Source: Eledone cirrhosa (lineage: Eukaryota). Taken from it: a stretch of 64,000 nucleotides of DNA. Position numbers and translations under genes: made by a program. Below, piece by piece: positions 11,347-24,490 of this stretch. The DNA lies in NCBI GenBank assembly GCA_964016885.1, contig OZ024746.1, positions 43,648,001 to 43,712,000 of the forward strand. Direction: 5' to 3'. The notes beneath the pieces are model-generated. The model did no database searches. It saw only the letters and a program-made list of their open reading frames with translations, and was not told the DNA's origin. Position 1 is the first letter of the stretch, and each line of letters begins with the position of its first letter.

Positions 11347-14300
11347 CCTGGGTATGACATTAAACTACATCCAGTGGCACGGCTCCAGTTCGGGAGTTCA
11401 GGAGTTGTGGGGAATGTGGAGTTACCCCTTAGTTGTCATGACTCCCAGGTCTGCCCTGGCCCGGGGTGGTAGTACCTGTTAGGGCTCCATTTATGGGTTA
11501 AATAACTACCTTATTCGAGTGGCGCCGGTAAGGTATTGTCAGACATTGAAAAGAAATATGGAGAGTCGATCTAACAGCACTAGGGTTAGAGCCCCTAATT
11601 ACACTGTCAAGGAGCAGCCTGGTCGTTATGACTCTGCTGGCTTAGAGCCACAGAGAGGGCCAGTGGATGATGGATCAGCTGTCTCTGAGACAAATATAAA
11701 GAATGCAGTTTTGTCCTGCAGAAGAGCCATCAAAATGGGCACTTTGAATGTGAGGACTATTCGGACGCTGGAGAAGAAAGAGGAGTTGGGACATCTGTTC
11801 GAGGAGAGTGGTATACAGATACTTGCGATCCAAGAACACAGGATTCTACACTATGAGCCCGTGAGGAGTGTGATGATCAGGAGGAGGAGCCAGCTCATCA
11901 CTACATCGGCAGTGAAGAACACAACAAATGCTGCAGTAGGAGGAGTGGGTTTTGTGTTCAGTGCAAAAACCAATCTGTTGGTGAGGGAAATAATGCCTAT
12001 CTCCCCGCAAGTGTTGGGGGTGACCTTCAATGGAAACCCAAGACGGACAGTCATCTCAGCCTATAGTCCAACCGAGGGGGACAGTGATGTGAATGCGGAA
12101 GAGTTCCATGAGGAGGTGTGTAGAGCTGTCAACACCACTCAGGCACACAATATCCTGCTTGTTTTGTGGGACTTCAATGCACATCTGAGTAAGGAGGGCA
12201 GTGAAGATCCTTGCTGGTACTTCCATAACAACACCAACCGAAATGGAAGACTAATGAGAGACACCCTGCTGGAGGCGAACTTGATGGCGACCAACCTAGG
12301 GTTTAGGAAGAATCTGGAGAAGATGTGGACCTACATCTCAGATATGCACCTGCCCAAGTCCCAGATTGATTTCATTCTGGTGAGGAAAAAGTGGCGGAAT
12401 AGTGTTCTGAACACGGAACCATACAGCTATTTCAGTACACTGGGTAGTGACCACCGGCTTGTTATGAGTGAGGTCCGCGTGAGCTTAAGAAAGAGCAAGG
12501 CTCAGCCCCGGAGAACAATCTATGACTGGGGAGCTTTCAAGGAAGATAAGCTACAGGAGAGGTTCACAGTGGAAGTGAGAAACAGGTTTAGTGCTCTGTG
12601 TGGAGAGTCAGAGGAGAGAGAGATTGGATGGACTGGGAAAGAGTGTGACGAGGAGGTACGGGCACTTCACCAATGCAGTGGCGGAAGCAAGTGAAACCCT
12701 GGTGCCGAGGAAAAAGAACAAAGGGAAGCACGTCAGCTCTGCAAACCCAAAAGTGTGTGCAGCCAGAGAACACCTGAAAGCTGCCTGGGACAAATTCTAT
12801 GCTGATCCTATGGAGGAGAGGATGGAGACTGTGGAGGTGATGAAGGAAGAGCTCTGTACCGCTTACACTGAGGTCAGAGAGGAGGCACTGATAGAGAAGA
12901 TCAGAAGTGTGGAGAGAGCGGTTGACAGATCTAGATGTAAGGAGAGCTGGATGATCATCAACGAGATCACAGGGAGGAAGAGAAGGTGTTTGAGTCAAAT
13001 CCAGGGAACGGGGCCCGAGGATAGGAAGAGGAAATGGCTAGACCATTTTAGGACCCTACTAGGAGAGCCACCCTCCACAGCCCAGAGCACTGGGGGAGAT
13101 CAGGTGGCTGTTTGAGGAACTGGATGTTGAGACAGAGCCCTTCACCAGAGAGGAGCTTCAGAGAGCCAAGAAGAAGATCAAGGAGGGCAAGGCTCATGGA
13201 GAAGATGGAGTGGCATCAGAGGTGATGAAGAGGTGTGATTTTGATGATATCATCCTGGGGTTCTGTAACGGGGTACTGGAGAAAGGAGTTGCCCCGAATC
13301 AGTGGAGGATCAGTAACATCGTCCCAGTGCCAAAGAAGGGAGATCTCTCTAACATCAACAACTACCGGGGGATCTCACTGACGTCACTTCTGGCAAAGAC
13401 CCTCAACAGGATGATTCTTAACAGGATCCAGCCTGAGATGGAGAAGAAGCTCAGGGACAGCCAAAACGGCTTCAGAGAGGGTAGATCAACCACTAGTCAC
13501 ATCCTGATGCTGAGGAGGATATTAGAGGGAGCTAGAGCAAAGTGCTTCCTGCGGTCATGGTTTTCATTGACTTTAGGAAGGCCTTTGATTCTGTGGACCG
13601 TTACTGCCTGATGAAGATCTTACAGGCTTATGGAATCCCCAAGAAGATAGTGGACCTGATATCACTGCTCTACACCAACACCAAGGCCCAAGTCATTACA
13701 CCTGATGGGATGACAGAGTTCTTTGATATACTGGCTGGAGTGCTCCAGGGATATACATTGGCTCCCTACCTTTTTGTCATCGTAGTGGACTATTGTATGC
13801 GCCTTGCACTGGAGAAACACCAGGACTCTGGCTTTACTGTAGCACCGGCTCAGAGCAGGAGAGTTAGGGCGAAAAAGGTATCGGATGCTGAATTTGCCGA
13901 CGACATAGTTGTGGTGACAAATACAGTGAAGGAGGCAGAGGATTTGATGCAGGAGGTTGAGACTGTGTCGATGAGTGTGGGGCTGAGAATGAATGAGACT
14001 AAAACAAAATATCTGGTAGAGAATGTTGAGAAGCCAGAGGGGATCACTAATGTAGGCGGGAAGCTGCTGGAATTGGTTGAGGACTTCCTGTATTTGGGAG
14101 CAAAGATTGGGAATACGGAAGATGATGTGGTTGAGAGGAAGAGCAAGGCCTGGGCGGCGTGCCACAGCTTGAGATCGGTGTGGAAGTCGGACCTTCGTAG
14201 AGACCTGAAAATCCGCCTCTTCATTGCTGTAGTGGAGTCTGTGCTGCTGTATGGGTCTGAGACTTGGACACTGACCAAGAAACTCACTCAGATGGTGGAT

Positions 14301-14651
14301 GGTTGCTACAGGAGAATGCTGAGGATGGCTCTGAACATTAATCAGTATACACTGAGGATGAAAAACTCAGAGCTGTATGGGAGCATCCCAAAAGTCAGCT
14401 CAAAAGTGACACAGAGGAGACTGAGGTTAGCTGGACATGCTCACCGACATCCAGAGTTGACATTGCACTCAGTACTCCTTTGGGAGCCCCTAGATGGACA
14501 CACTAGAAGAGGAAGACCAAGGTTAACGTATGTTGATGCCCTAAGGACAGACACTGGCCTGTTGGAGATGCAGGACATGGCAGCGATAATGAGGGACAGA
14601 CACCTCTGGAGAGAACTCGTCCATGGATCTCGGGAATTTTACCCGCATTAG
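11347..14651 (+). mobile_element. Near-full-length RTE-clade LINE (single APE-RT ORF broken by about 3 frameshifts)
   Basis: APE motifs GTLNVRT, IQEHR, SAYSPT, DFNAH, SQIDFIL, SDHRLV. RT motifs NYRGISL, QNGFREGRS, FIDFRKAFDSV, GVLQG, EFADD, FLYLG. RTE-type C-terminus LLYGSETW...RRGRP. Frameshifts near 12600-12640, 13110 and 13545. Confidence 0.95.
11519..14651 (+). pseudogene. Frameshifted endonuclease-reverse transcriptase ORF of the RTE LINE
   Basis: Consecutive ORFs 11519-12694, 12591-13115, 13210-13611 and 13542-14651 join into one polyprotein. Confidence 0.9.
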
Positions 14652-15639
14652 ATATATAGTGTGGAAAATAGACGTAAAACGATGATGATGATGGCACACA
14701 TTCCAAAATTTTTTGAAAATTTCATATGCGTTCTGCAACAGATAAGTTTGGAATTACCTAGGCTAGAAGAACATATCATATTAGAACAAGTTTTAAGCTC
14801 TCTTTGTTAATGTAGATAGTGGACATTTCATGCTTATGTTGTTTTCATAATCTAGCAAACATTTCCTACTTTCAACCTTTCAAACCTTAAAAATGTCCTG
14901 AGGGTGAATTAACATTTTCTTTCTAGAAATGTGAAACACTAACACCAAGGACCCATTTTTCAATGATACAAACATGTTACAAAATAGAAGTTTATAAAAC
15001 TGTAATGTAGTTAAAGAATAGAATTCAGATATATGGAGGGTTTTATCTAACCTTTTGACACTACAATGATATCCAGTTCATTCACATTTCCCTCTCTCAT
15101 ACTTATGTTTTCACAGAAACTTTATTTTAATAAATATACTTAATGTCTTCTCTTTTATTTATTTGAGAAAATATCACACTTAATGGTCAAAACCATTAGT
15201 CTGTTTATATTTCTCAAGAGATAGCCAATGTTTACATCTAATCTATTGTTGAATATTATCAGTTGATCTACTCTTCAATATAATATTCAATTTTCAATAA
15301 AAGATAAGAAACCTTGATATAAATAGTAGATGAAGTGGCTTTCGTGATGCTAAGTAGGTTAAATTAAGAAGTGGCAGATTATATGGTACAAAAATGCGTA
15401 AATGTATTGAAGATTAGTACATTCTAAGAATTTGATATTTGAATTATTCTCAAGTTGTTATTGGGTAGCATTGATAGAATGTAGTACAAAATGTAATATC
15501 TCTGTGCATGCAATCTCAAATCCTGCTGATGTCAAATTTACTTATTCCTTGATTGTTGACAAAATAAAGTAACAATAAAGCACTGAGGTCTATGTAATAA
15601 ATTGATTCCCGAACCAAAATTGGCTATTATCTACTAATA

Positions 15640-15740
15640 CAATTGTTTCTACTTTTGGCACAAGGCTAGCAATTAACCCAGTGCATTACTGGTACTTTAT
15701 TTTATCGACCCTGTAAGGATGAAAGGCAAAGTTAGCCTTG
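15640..15740 (-). mobile_element. SINE family A, 3' fragment
   Basis: Reverse complement of the family A 3' half (actggtactttattttatcgacc...gatgaaaggcaaag). Confidence 0.85.
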
Positions 15741-16221
15741 TATATTTGTCTGTAATGCAGTAGAGATGACTGACAAAGGAAGGGATTATTATGTCGACTG
15801 AGGAAGGAAGTAGTGACAAACTTCAGAAAGCAGTATCTAACATTCACTACACCTGTGTGTGTGTATTGGCTACACACTTTGGCTGTTATGATTATGTCAG
15901 TGTTTGTGTAAATTATATCTATATATACTATTTGTGTGAGTGTACATGTGTTTGTGTGTGTTTATTTAGAAAGATACTTGGACAATAAAATTACAAACAT
16001 GCACGCATCTACACATACATATATATATATAAACAGATACATTTAGAAAACAATTACATACATACACATCTATGAGATAACTGAGGAAGAAGGGAGTGGT
16101 GAGAAACTATAAAAGTTCAGCATTCTATGATTTGTCACAGCTGTGTGTTTGTGTCACTTGTGTGAGTATGAAGAAACCAACCAAACAACAAACAAATAAA
16201 CATGTCAGCCATGATGCTAAG

Positions 16222-17515
16222 TGCTTTGCATCCTCTGTCTCGGACGTGCAGTCGATTCTCCACCAGGTACAAGTGACCCCCAAAGAAGATGTTCTCATCC
16301 TCAGGTCACCGATCGACCCGCTGGCCATCCGCTCCACCATCAGGTCTAGGCTCCAACCCTCACGAGCTGCTTGATTGATGGCAACCCAGCTCTCTTCCTG
16401 TTGAGGAACTGCTTCGCCATACCAAAGCTCCTCTACACCCTTCACAGCGCTCCATGCTGCAGCCATGCATCTCTCCTCGCTGACCTTGATACTTGTATCC
16501 GAGCGGCAGTTGAAGAGATATGCAACATCAGGTTTGATGACATTGGGTGGCAACAGGCCACTTTACCTGTCAGATATGGTGACCTTAGACCCCTGACCCC
16601 GATCTTGCTGGCTTTGCCAGCGTTTCTTTCATCCGTAACCTCATGCCGCATCCTCGTCAGCAGGGTTCTCCAAAACACAATGGAACCCTCTGTGATCAGA
16701 GAACATGAGGCCGCCTGTGAGACGTGGGATCTGCTGACGTCAAGTCCCCCCAAAGCATTTGGGATGCGATAGAGTGCAGCCTTGCCTCATACAGGCTCAC
16801 GTGCCAGCTTGACCAGCACCACCTTGCCTGTTTTCATGCGGCCTCCAAACCCCACAGTGGTGCCTGGTTCCATGCCTTGCCCTCCTTCTCCACTGGCACA
16901 CAGCTGGATAACGATAGCCTGCGCATCGGTGTTTCCTTGAGGTTTGGACTCCAGATCTGCGAGCCACATAAATGTTGCTGTGGATCCACCGTGGACTCTT
17001 TCAGCCTCCACCCGCTTTCCTGTTACCACAGTGCCGGCCACCTTCCACGCCATGTTGCCCTCAACGATGTTATAAAGCATGGCTTGGATGCTGCAGGATT
17101 CCCCTCCCAGTTTGAGCCAGTAGGGCTGGACCGAGGGGACAGCAAAAGGCCAGACCATCTTCCCATTCTGCGATGGCAAAATCCTCATCTGGGATGCCAC
17201 TTGCAGCGACACTTCCTCCAGCCGCAGCCTGGTGCAGTCTGTGACTAACCCAGGTACTGCTGCATGTCGGGCTGAAGAGGCCAAACTCTTCAAGTACCAG
17301 TTGCTCTCCGACAGGTTTGCGGCATGCTCTTGGCAGTGGAGACTTCTGGTGTCCTTGGCCCTAGGGCTACCTCCCTATTCACCACCATAGGCACTGAGCT
17401 GGCCAACCGCAGGTGTGAGCCTCGCGAGTTGGAATGGCTCTTCCAGCGCATCTCCCTTACCATCCTCCAGGGAAACACCTTCTACATTCCGTCTGCCGGG
17501 GCTGTGGGGAGGCCA
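16222..17515 (+). mobile_element. 5'-truncated CRE-like non-LTR retrotransposon (RT thumb, CCHC finger, restriction-like endonuclease)
   Basis: GC-rich island. Frameshifted translation gives LLRNCFAIPKLLYTL, QATLPVRYG, SGAWFHALP, CCCG...HPLSC, RHVALND, EPVGLDRGDSKRPD, LIWDATC, LAVETSG and QRISLTILQGN, as in CRE-clade RLE elements. Confidence 0.85.
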
Positions 17516-19499
17516 GCACATGGGACCCCATTTGCTCACCATACGGATTAAAACATATAACCTCTCTTTTTCTTTTATTTACTCATCTACCATTTAAAAG
17601 AAGGTAATAGCGTTTATAAACCTGCAACCAAATGTTATCTGGAATATAAGTTATATTGTGTTTATTTAAAAAATATATTACTACCTTCAATAGAAACACC
17701 TGATAACAGAAAATAATGATGTAAACAAAGCTAAAAAAAAAACAAATAACTACCCATATTATAACATACAATGCACCATAATAACCATATCGTTTTTAAT
17801 ATTATGCATAGATATTACAATTAACCATCATTTTTGATGGCACAGGGCCAGCTAATTATAATAGTACTTGAACAAGACTTTTTTTCAATAACTTGTAAAT
17901 TAGCTGGAATACTAATTTGTATTTCACAAGTTATCCTTTTATTAAACGTTGTTCAGATATGAAGCGATCTTTACCAAAATACCCCAAGTATTAAAAGAAG
18001 AATCATTCAAAAATAAAACGACTTTGTGATCATCAATTAAAAAAAGAAACATTTTCAGTCATTAAAGATTCATATAAATTGTTGTTTAGACACAGTTGAG
18101 ATTTAGTTGAGCATACTTATAATTAAGAATTCCTGCTGTGAATACATTATCTTTTTTTGAGATAATTAGAACTACAGATCTATTATTTGTGAGAGATTTT
18201 GTTGTTATTTAGAGTTGGCTCAAGATTAATAAAACTTTTAAGTGTTAGAGCTCTTAATGATTGACGATCAATTCTATAAAATATTGGAACTTTAGAGTTT
18301 AATAAAGTTGTTTGCTGTTTGGGAGAGAGATATCTATTCTTTACAAATTTCCATATTGGACAGTAGATTTACTTAACAGACAGTTTTGATAAGAAAGAAG
18401 ATAACTCTGTTTACACATATGAGGTTATTGTTAGGATATCATGCGGAAAGAAGAGAATACTAGATATTCTATGCACAACACAAAATAAATGGAATAACAC
18501 TGAGATGAAGAAACGACAGGAGATTTATTGAAGATGCCAAGAATAGAGATTCAGACAAATCTGAAAAAGCAGAACATTTTAAATATGTCTGAGTACTGGC
18601 TGAGTCTCCAAAACAGAATAATAATAAACGACATTAACAAGAATGGAATTTCAGTAAACTTGAAATTAATTCTAAGAATTGCAAGATTTAGCTTTACTAC
18701 TTATTCTGTTGTAAATACAAAATTTAACCCTTGGGAAATTATATTTCCTTACATTTTTATTCACATATCAAGGTAGAACTTTGCATTATTATCAAATTAT
18801 TAATAAGTATCTGATTCTTTTCTTCTCTATTAATGTACTATGTTTAGAATTTAATATATTCACTTCTTTGTCAAATTATCAGATAACAACATTTCAGATA
18901 TGACTTACTAACTGATGTTTGTTTAAATATATTAACAAAATACCTATACAAAAGTTCACCATCATTGTTTTATTTTCATTTATTTATCAGTTATAATAAA
19001 CTATTATTGTTAATAAATAAAAGAACACATTTATCTCTTTCCTCCACTTTACAACATCTCACATGCAAATATGCATTTTTGACTGTTTGAAATTCCTCTA
19101 TACCATTTATTTTAGAGGCTTTTGACACAGAAAACTTTATCTTACTACACTTAACATTAATCTTAAAATTTAATCTATGTTAGGCTGTGTTTATTTGACC
19201 ACTATGGCAAATGTGGAATGAACAAAGTTTGCTGCTGAATATTCTTTATAACATAGATCTACTTGTCAGAGTCAGTAAAGCTGAAAACCTGATTTCATAT
19301 AGGTGTGTGTTGCATCATGTAGATAATTTTGCTGTTGCTTTAGTATAGTGTCTACACAGATTGTCATTGTCTTCTATAAATATAACAAAGTTTCATAGTG
19401 GCCTCACACAAAATGTAGAAAAAGAGAAAATAGAAACTCTATATGATGTAGACAATGTGAATCTTTGATAGACACACGGTGTAGTGGGATAGAAGGCCA

Positions 19500-20190
19500 A
19501 CTAAGAGGAAAGGTAGACTTTCATGTGACAGATGCACAGGGCTAGTTGGTAGTAAGTGCATTAAGTGAAATAGACCTTTTCCATCCTAGAAAGATTCACA
19601 GAACTGGTTGATATCTTCTGCTTCTTGGGTGGTCAAATTAGAGGGGAGAGGCTACACAGAGAGCATAGTAACTAGAATAGGAACAAAATGGAAGAATTTC
19701 TGGGAGCCACTACCTCTGAAGATGACAAAGGTTTTTTCTATGAATGAAAGGCTGGCTGTATGTGATATGTGATGATGCATTGTGATGAGGTATGGGATTA
19801 AAAGGAGAGGACATTTGAAGCCTGGGATGAATTAAAGCACACATGCTCTGATGAATGTTCAATGTTAATGTATATGAATGAAAAAGCATGGATGATCTGA
19901 GAGAAAAGCTGGGTAAAAGGAATCACATATAGTGTTAAGGAGTGAAGAGTCTGCTTATATCTATATGTGATGCATATGAATGATGATCATTGGATGAAGT
20001 AGTGTTACAAATTTCTGCTCGAAGAGGCTTCAATAGAGAGACAAATGAAGGCTGGGGTAAAGGTTATTTGAGTTGATTTAAAATTGCTGAAGCTCACAAA
20101 TAAGATGACAAAGGACTGCAATAAGTGTGAAAGGATGTTATTCTTGACAAGACCTGCCTAGTCCATGCAAGCATGGAAAAACAGATGTCA
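19500..20190 (+). mobile_element. Very degraded RTE-type LINE 3' fragment
   Basis: Weak similarity to the 6424-7100 family; ends with ccatgcaagcatggaaaaacagatg, the shared RTE tail. Confidence 0.55.
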
Positions 20191-21100
20191 TCTCTCCTGT
20201 TCATTATTTACATGAACAAGATTGACATGTGCAGCCAAGTAGGAAGTGGTATCATGACTGGCAGGTGTAAAATCAGTCGTCTGGAATTTACAGACAACAT
20301 GGTGTTACTCATGGTGTTACTCAACTCGACAGAAGATGAGCTAATTGCACTTCGTAGGTTTGATGCCTTGTGATGCATGGCTGGAATGAAAATCAGTGCT
20401 GCGAAAACTGAGACAGTTGTCCTCTCAAGGAAACCTGTGCAGTGCATGCTACATGTGTATAGAGTTCCACTGAAGCAGGTGGAGAAGTTCAAGTACCGCG
20501 GGACTGCGTTCGCAAGTGATGGAAGGCAGGAGGCTGAATTAAGTGCAAGAATTGCAAAAGCTGGTGCAGTAATGCACCAGCTTCAGCATTCAGTAATCAG
20601 AAGGGATGTAGGTGTAAAAGCCAAACTAGTTGTCGTCAATTCAGTTTCCGTGTCAACCCTTACCTATTGTCATGAATCTTGGGTAATGTCTGAAAGAATA
20701 CGATCGCGAATACAAGCAGCCAAAATAGGGTTCCTCCAAAGAGTCTTCGGAGCAACGTTACTCGATAAAGTGCATAGCTCAGAGATCAGAGAGTCACTGC
20801 AAGTAGAGCCACTACTTCTCCAAATTGAGAGATCCCAGTTCCGATACTATGGATATGTGGTTAGAATATCTCATAAAGAATCACTGGACAGATTTTATGG
20901 GTGAAACCAGTAGGTACGAGACCCAGGTGTAGACCCCAAGCAAGATGGTTGGATAACATCCATGAACTTGGATAGTCGTGCTTGGGGATCCAGCTGGTTC
21001 ATTGGAGATAGTTGCTTCTGACAGAACCCATTAGAGGGAGTGTTGAAAGAATCTTCCCCCATGACCCTTACAGGAATAAGTGGGCGAAGAAAAGACGAAG
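20190..21100 (+). mobile_element. 5'-truncated RTE-type LINE (RT C-terminal half)
   Basis: LLFIIYMNKI, a degenerate catalytic motif (LEFTDN), GMKISAAKTE, QVEKFKY, LTYCHESW, then a short 3' UTR. Confidence 0.85.
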
Positions 21101-21718
21101 ATATATATATATATATACTGGTACCCTCCTGTTTATGGTAGAGTCAATAACATTGTTACAACTCCAGGCAATCTGAAAGAAATGATTTCGATGAGATCAG
21201 GCAGTGAGAGCTATAGTTTACATAAGAGAAATTGAGCTTATTTTGCTCGCTTCTCCCCTTGAATTGGAATTGAAAACATAAGTTTATTAAATTGTTTATA
21301 TATACTACTCTGGATTTGGTTTCTTTTTGCAAATAATAATTTGAACTTTATTATCAATATCTTATTGTTCTATACTCCCTTCTGGTTGAGTTGTAACTTG
21401 ATAGTTTGTTGCTGAGATATTTCTAACGGTCCCATGAGCCTGTTGCCTGTCCACATTTTGTCAAGTTTATACAATCCTATGTTCTTTTTAAGTCTTTGCA
21501 TATATTTGCTAGCTGGGGATATATTTTATGATTGAAGACTCCCTCTGATGATAAATATGTCTTGAGATATTGATTGTCTTCATTGATGAAGATAATTAAT
21601 ATTGTTCCTGCGTTTTGAAACTGAAGTAAGTGTGAGTGTAAATATCTTTACTTTAGCTTATTTTGCTTGCATTTCACCTTATTTTGGAATTCAAAATATA
21701 AGTATATAAGTATATTAA

Positions 21719-21723
<5 letters not shown>

Positions 21724-21782
<59 letters not shown>
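21724..21782. repeat. (TA)n microsatellite
   Basis: Seen directly. Similar tracts at 9706-9749, 10923-10955, 23776-23810 and 50080-50116. Confidence 0.95.
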
Positions 21783-21788
<6 letters not shown>

Positions 21789-22680
21789 ATTTTAACTCGG
21801 ACAGAATAAACTGCAAGGTTTATATGGTAGACGTTCAGATTTTGTTCAGTCATTTATTAAAACAGATAAGATATAAAATGTAAACTATTGTTCTTTTTTT
21901 TCTTTGTTTGCTTTGTTTTGCGCTTGTTGTTGCTTTTTTTAGACATGGTATTTATAAAGTTTCTTTGGCCTTATACAATCACTTTTAATTTCATTTCACA
22001 ACAGTGTTTCAAATAAACTATATTTCTCAAATTTGTTAGGCTGCTTGTCTGTGGTCCCATTACATCTGTCATGCGGCTCAAAGTTTACACTGTATGCACT
22101 GAGTGCAGTTTCTTACCATTCATTTTCTGAAAATTGAATGCAACCATTTCCTAGATGGTAGCATGTCCTATCTTCCTTTCTAATTATATAGACATTAATC
22201 TTTGCTAAGTTTATCCTAAGATTTTCTTTCTATATATGTAACTCCTTCCTAAATTTTCCACAGATTCAGAAATGTTTTAAGTAGAGTGATTAAACTTGAA
22301 ACTAAATGTGATTGTGAAGTAAACTTCTTGATCACACACCCAGTTAAAATCCAACATGGCTGCTCCTTAATGACTGGAACCCCCAAGAGTAAAAACATAT
22401 GATTTAATAATTTCTGTTTAGTTCTTCTGAGTTTCTATATAAATATACCAAATATGATTGAAAGGCATTCTAAGAAGTAATTTGAAATAAACATTGTTAA
22501 ATAACTAGTTTTTCTTGATTTAACCACTATGCTGAAGAATATCATATATAGTTCTGTTGGAAACTGAAAATAGCATATAAATGTTGTACTAGTTTTAATT
22601 TTTTCTATCATGTATAATGTATATCTCAGATAGGACCCTCTAGAAGATGTGTCTGAGAACCCTACCCCCATGAACTTCTC

Positions 22681-22744
22681 AAGAAGAAGAAGAAGAAGAA
22701 GAAGAAAAAGAAAAAGAAAAAGAAGAAGAAGAAGAAGAAGAAGA
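22681..22744. repeat. (GAA)n microsatellite, interrupted
   Basis: Seen directly. Confidence 0.95.
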
Positions 22745-23773
22745 TCATGTTGTAGCTAATTTTGAACTTTGTTAATGGTTTTGTTAATGGATGGTAAAAT
22801 AACGACAAATTAAGGGCCAAGATTCATTCGGAGACAAAATTCATGAAAAAAAGAACATGAGAAATAAATGAATAAATAAAAATTATATATAATATCAAAT
22901 ATAAGTCAGCTCATACTTGATCGTACTGGTCATTATATAAGCCTGAACTGTTCTATTTCTAGTAATTAAATATATCCTTTTAACTAACAAGGTTTATTTT
23001 GGAGACAACTACTAAATGATATAGCAATCAGCTAAGTGCACGTTTGACATAAAGAAAATTAAGTAAATATTGTAATGCTTATTTTTATCACACTCAGTAT
23101 TACCTTCTGTTTGACCAAGTGCCACATTTAATTTTGCTGAATAGCAAAATTTTGTTTGCTAATTTGCTTTTCTTTTAAAGTTCTAATGAATCTCTCAGAA
23201 ATTTTGAAATATAAAAGATTCCGAAAAGTTTTATGATTTTTATACTAAAAATAAACATATGAGAAAGCAGTAATTTTACAGTAACTCGGAAGAACTTCCC
23301 TTCTATATATGAGAATCAATGCACAGAAAGATGTTTAAAAGAAGTACTTTCTGATAGATAATTTGCTTATAATCCAATCATCAGTAATGATTTATATAAA
23401 ATGACAAGAAATAGGAGGAGAAGAAAACTTTGACAGTGTTATCAATCTTTAATGCTAAATATTCTGTAATGATTTAGCAGAAAATATCTAAAAACAAGTT
23501 TAGTAATTCGAAAGTTTATAGCATCATTACTTGGGGGAAGATTCTAGTCAAAATGTGTAGTAAACTAAAATAAAGACGTCCCCAATATTAAATATCTCAC
23601 TTCAGAAATTCCAGATTTCAAACATGGACAATAAATTTCGTCCATTTGAAAGACAACTTAAAAGAGAATAATGCATCATTTAATAGACTGAATAAGCTCA
23701 TACTTAACTATTGTTGAACATTTCTTCAAGCAAACATGAAAGAATACCAGATGAATGAGGATACAAGTTAAAA

Positions 23774-23812
<39 letters not shown>

Positions 23813-24177
23813 AGAGAAAGAAAGAGAGAGATAGGTGGATAGATAGATATACATATATGAAAATTGACATCTAATCACTAAACTATGACTTCTCTGATCA
23901 AAAGAAACTCTTTGAAGGCTTTGGACACTTTCTATCTAGATTACCAGGAAATTACCAGATTCATGTTATACAACATAGAATTCAATATTCAATAAATGAA
24001 TCAAATTAATTTGGAAATTATGAGAATAAATTATTTTTCTTAATTATGATATAATAAATTGATATACTGATATAGATATAGTTCAAATGAAATAGTTAAA
24101 CATGAAAACATTATTTTCTACATTTATGCATTTGCTTTGCAATATTCTTTATGTGAAATTGTCTTGAAACAGATATT

Positions 24178-24490
24178 GTTAAATTTGGGGTCGTTCATTT
24201 TGCCAAATTTGTCAATAAAAACACATGCACTATTTGAATTTGACTTCAGCTTTATTGTTATTAGTGATTGGTTGTTGGTTATTTTGTCCAAGCTCTTTCC
24301 TCACACATTCTGTGACCTCCTTAATGACTATCTGTTCTTCTTCTTGTGTCTTTTCTTCTTTCTGGTTTTATTCAAGACCAGAAAGAGTTTTGACGAAATA
24401 ACCAATAACAAATAATATAAAAGCTGGTGAAAGTCAAATAGTATGTAAGTTTTATTGGCAAAATCGGCAAAATGATCAACCCAAATTTAA
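24178..24490. mobile_element. Old MITE-like element with about 115-bp imperfect terminal inverted repeats
   Basis: 24178-24300 (ttaaatttggggtcgttcattttgcc...ttattttgtccaagctctttc) is the degenerate reverse complement of 24380-24490. No coding capacity. Confidence 0.75.

Noticed and set aside
11400-11510. HDV-like ribozyme in the RTE 5' UTR
   Set aside because: Plausible for the clade, but I could not assign P1/P2/P3 pairings, and the 5' end seems truncated.
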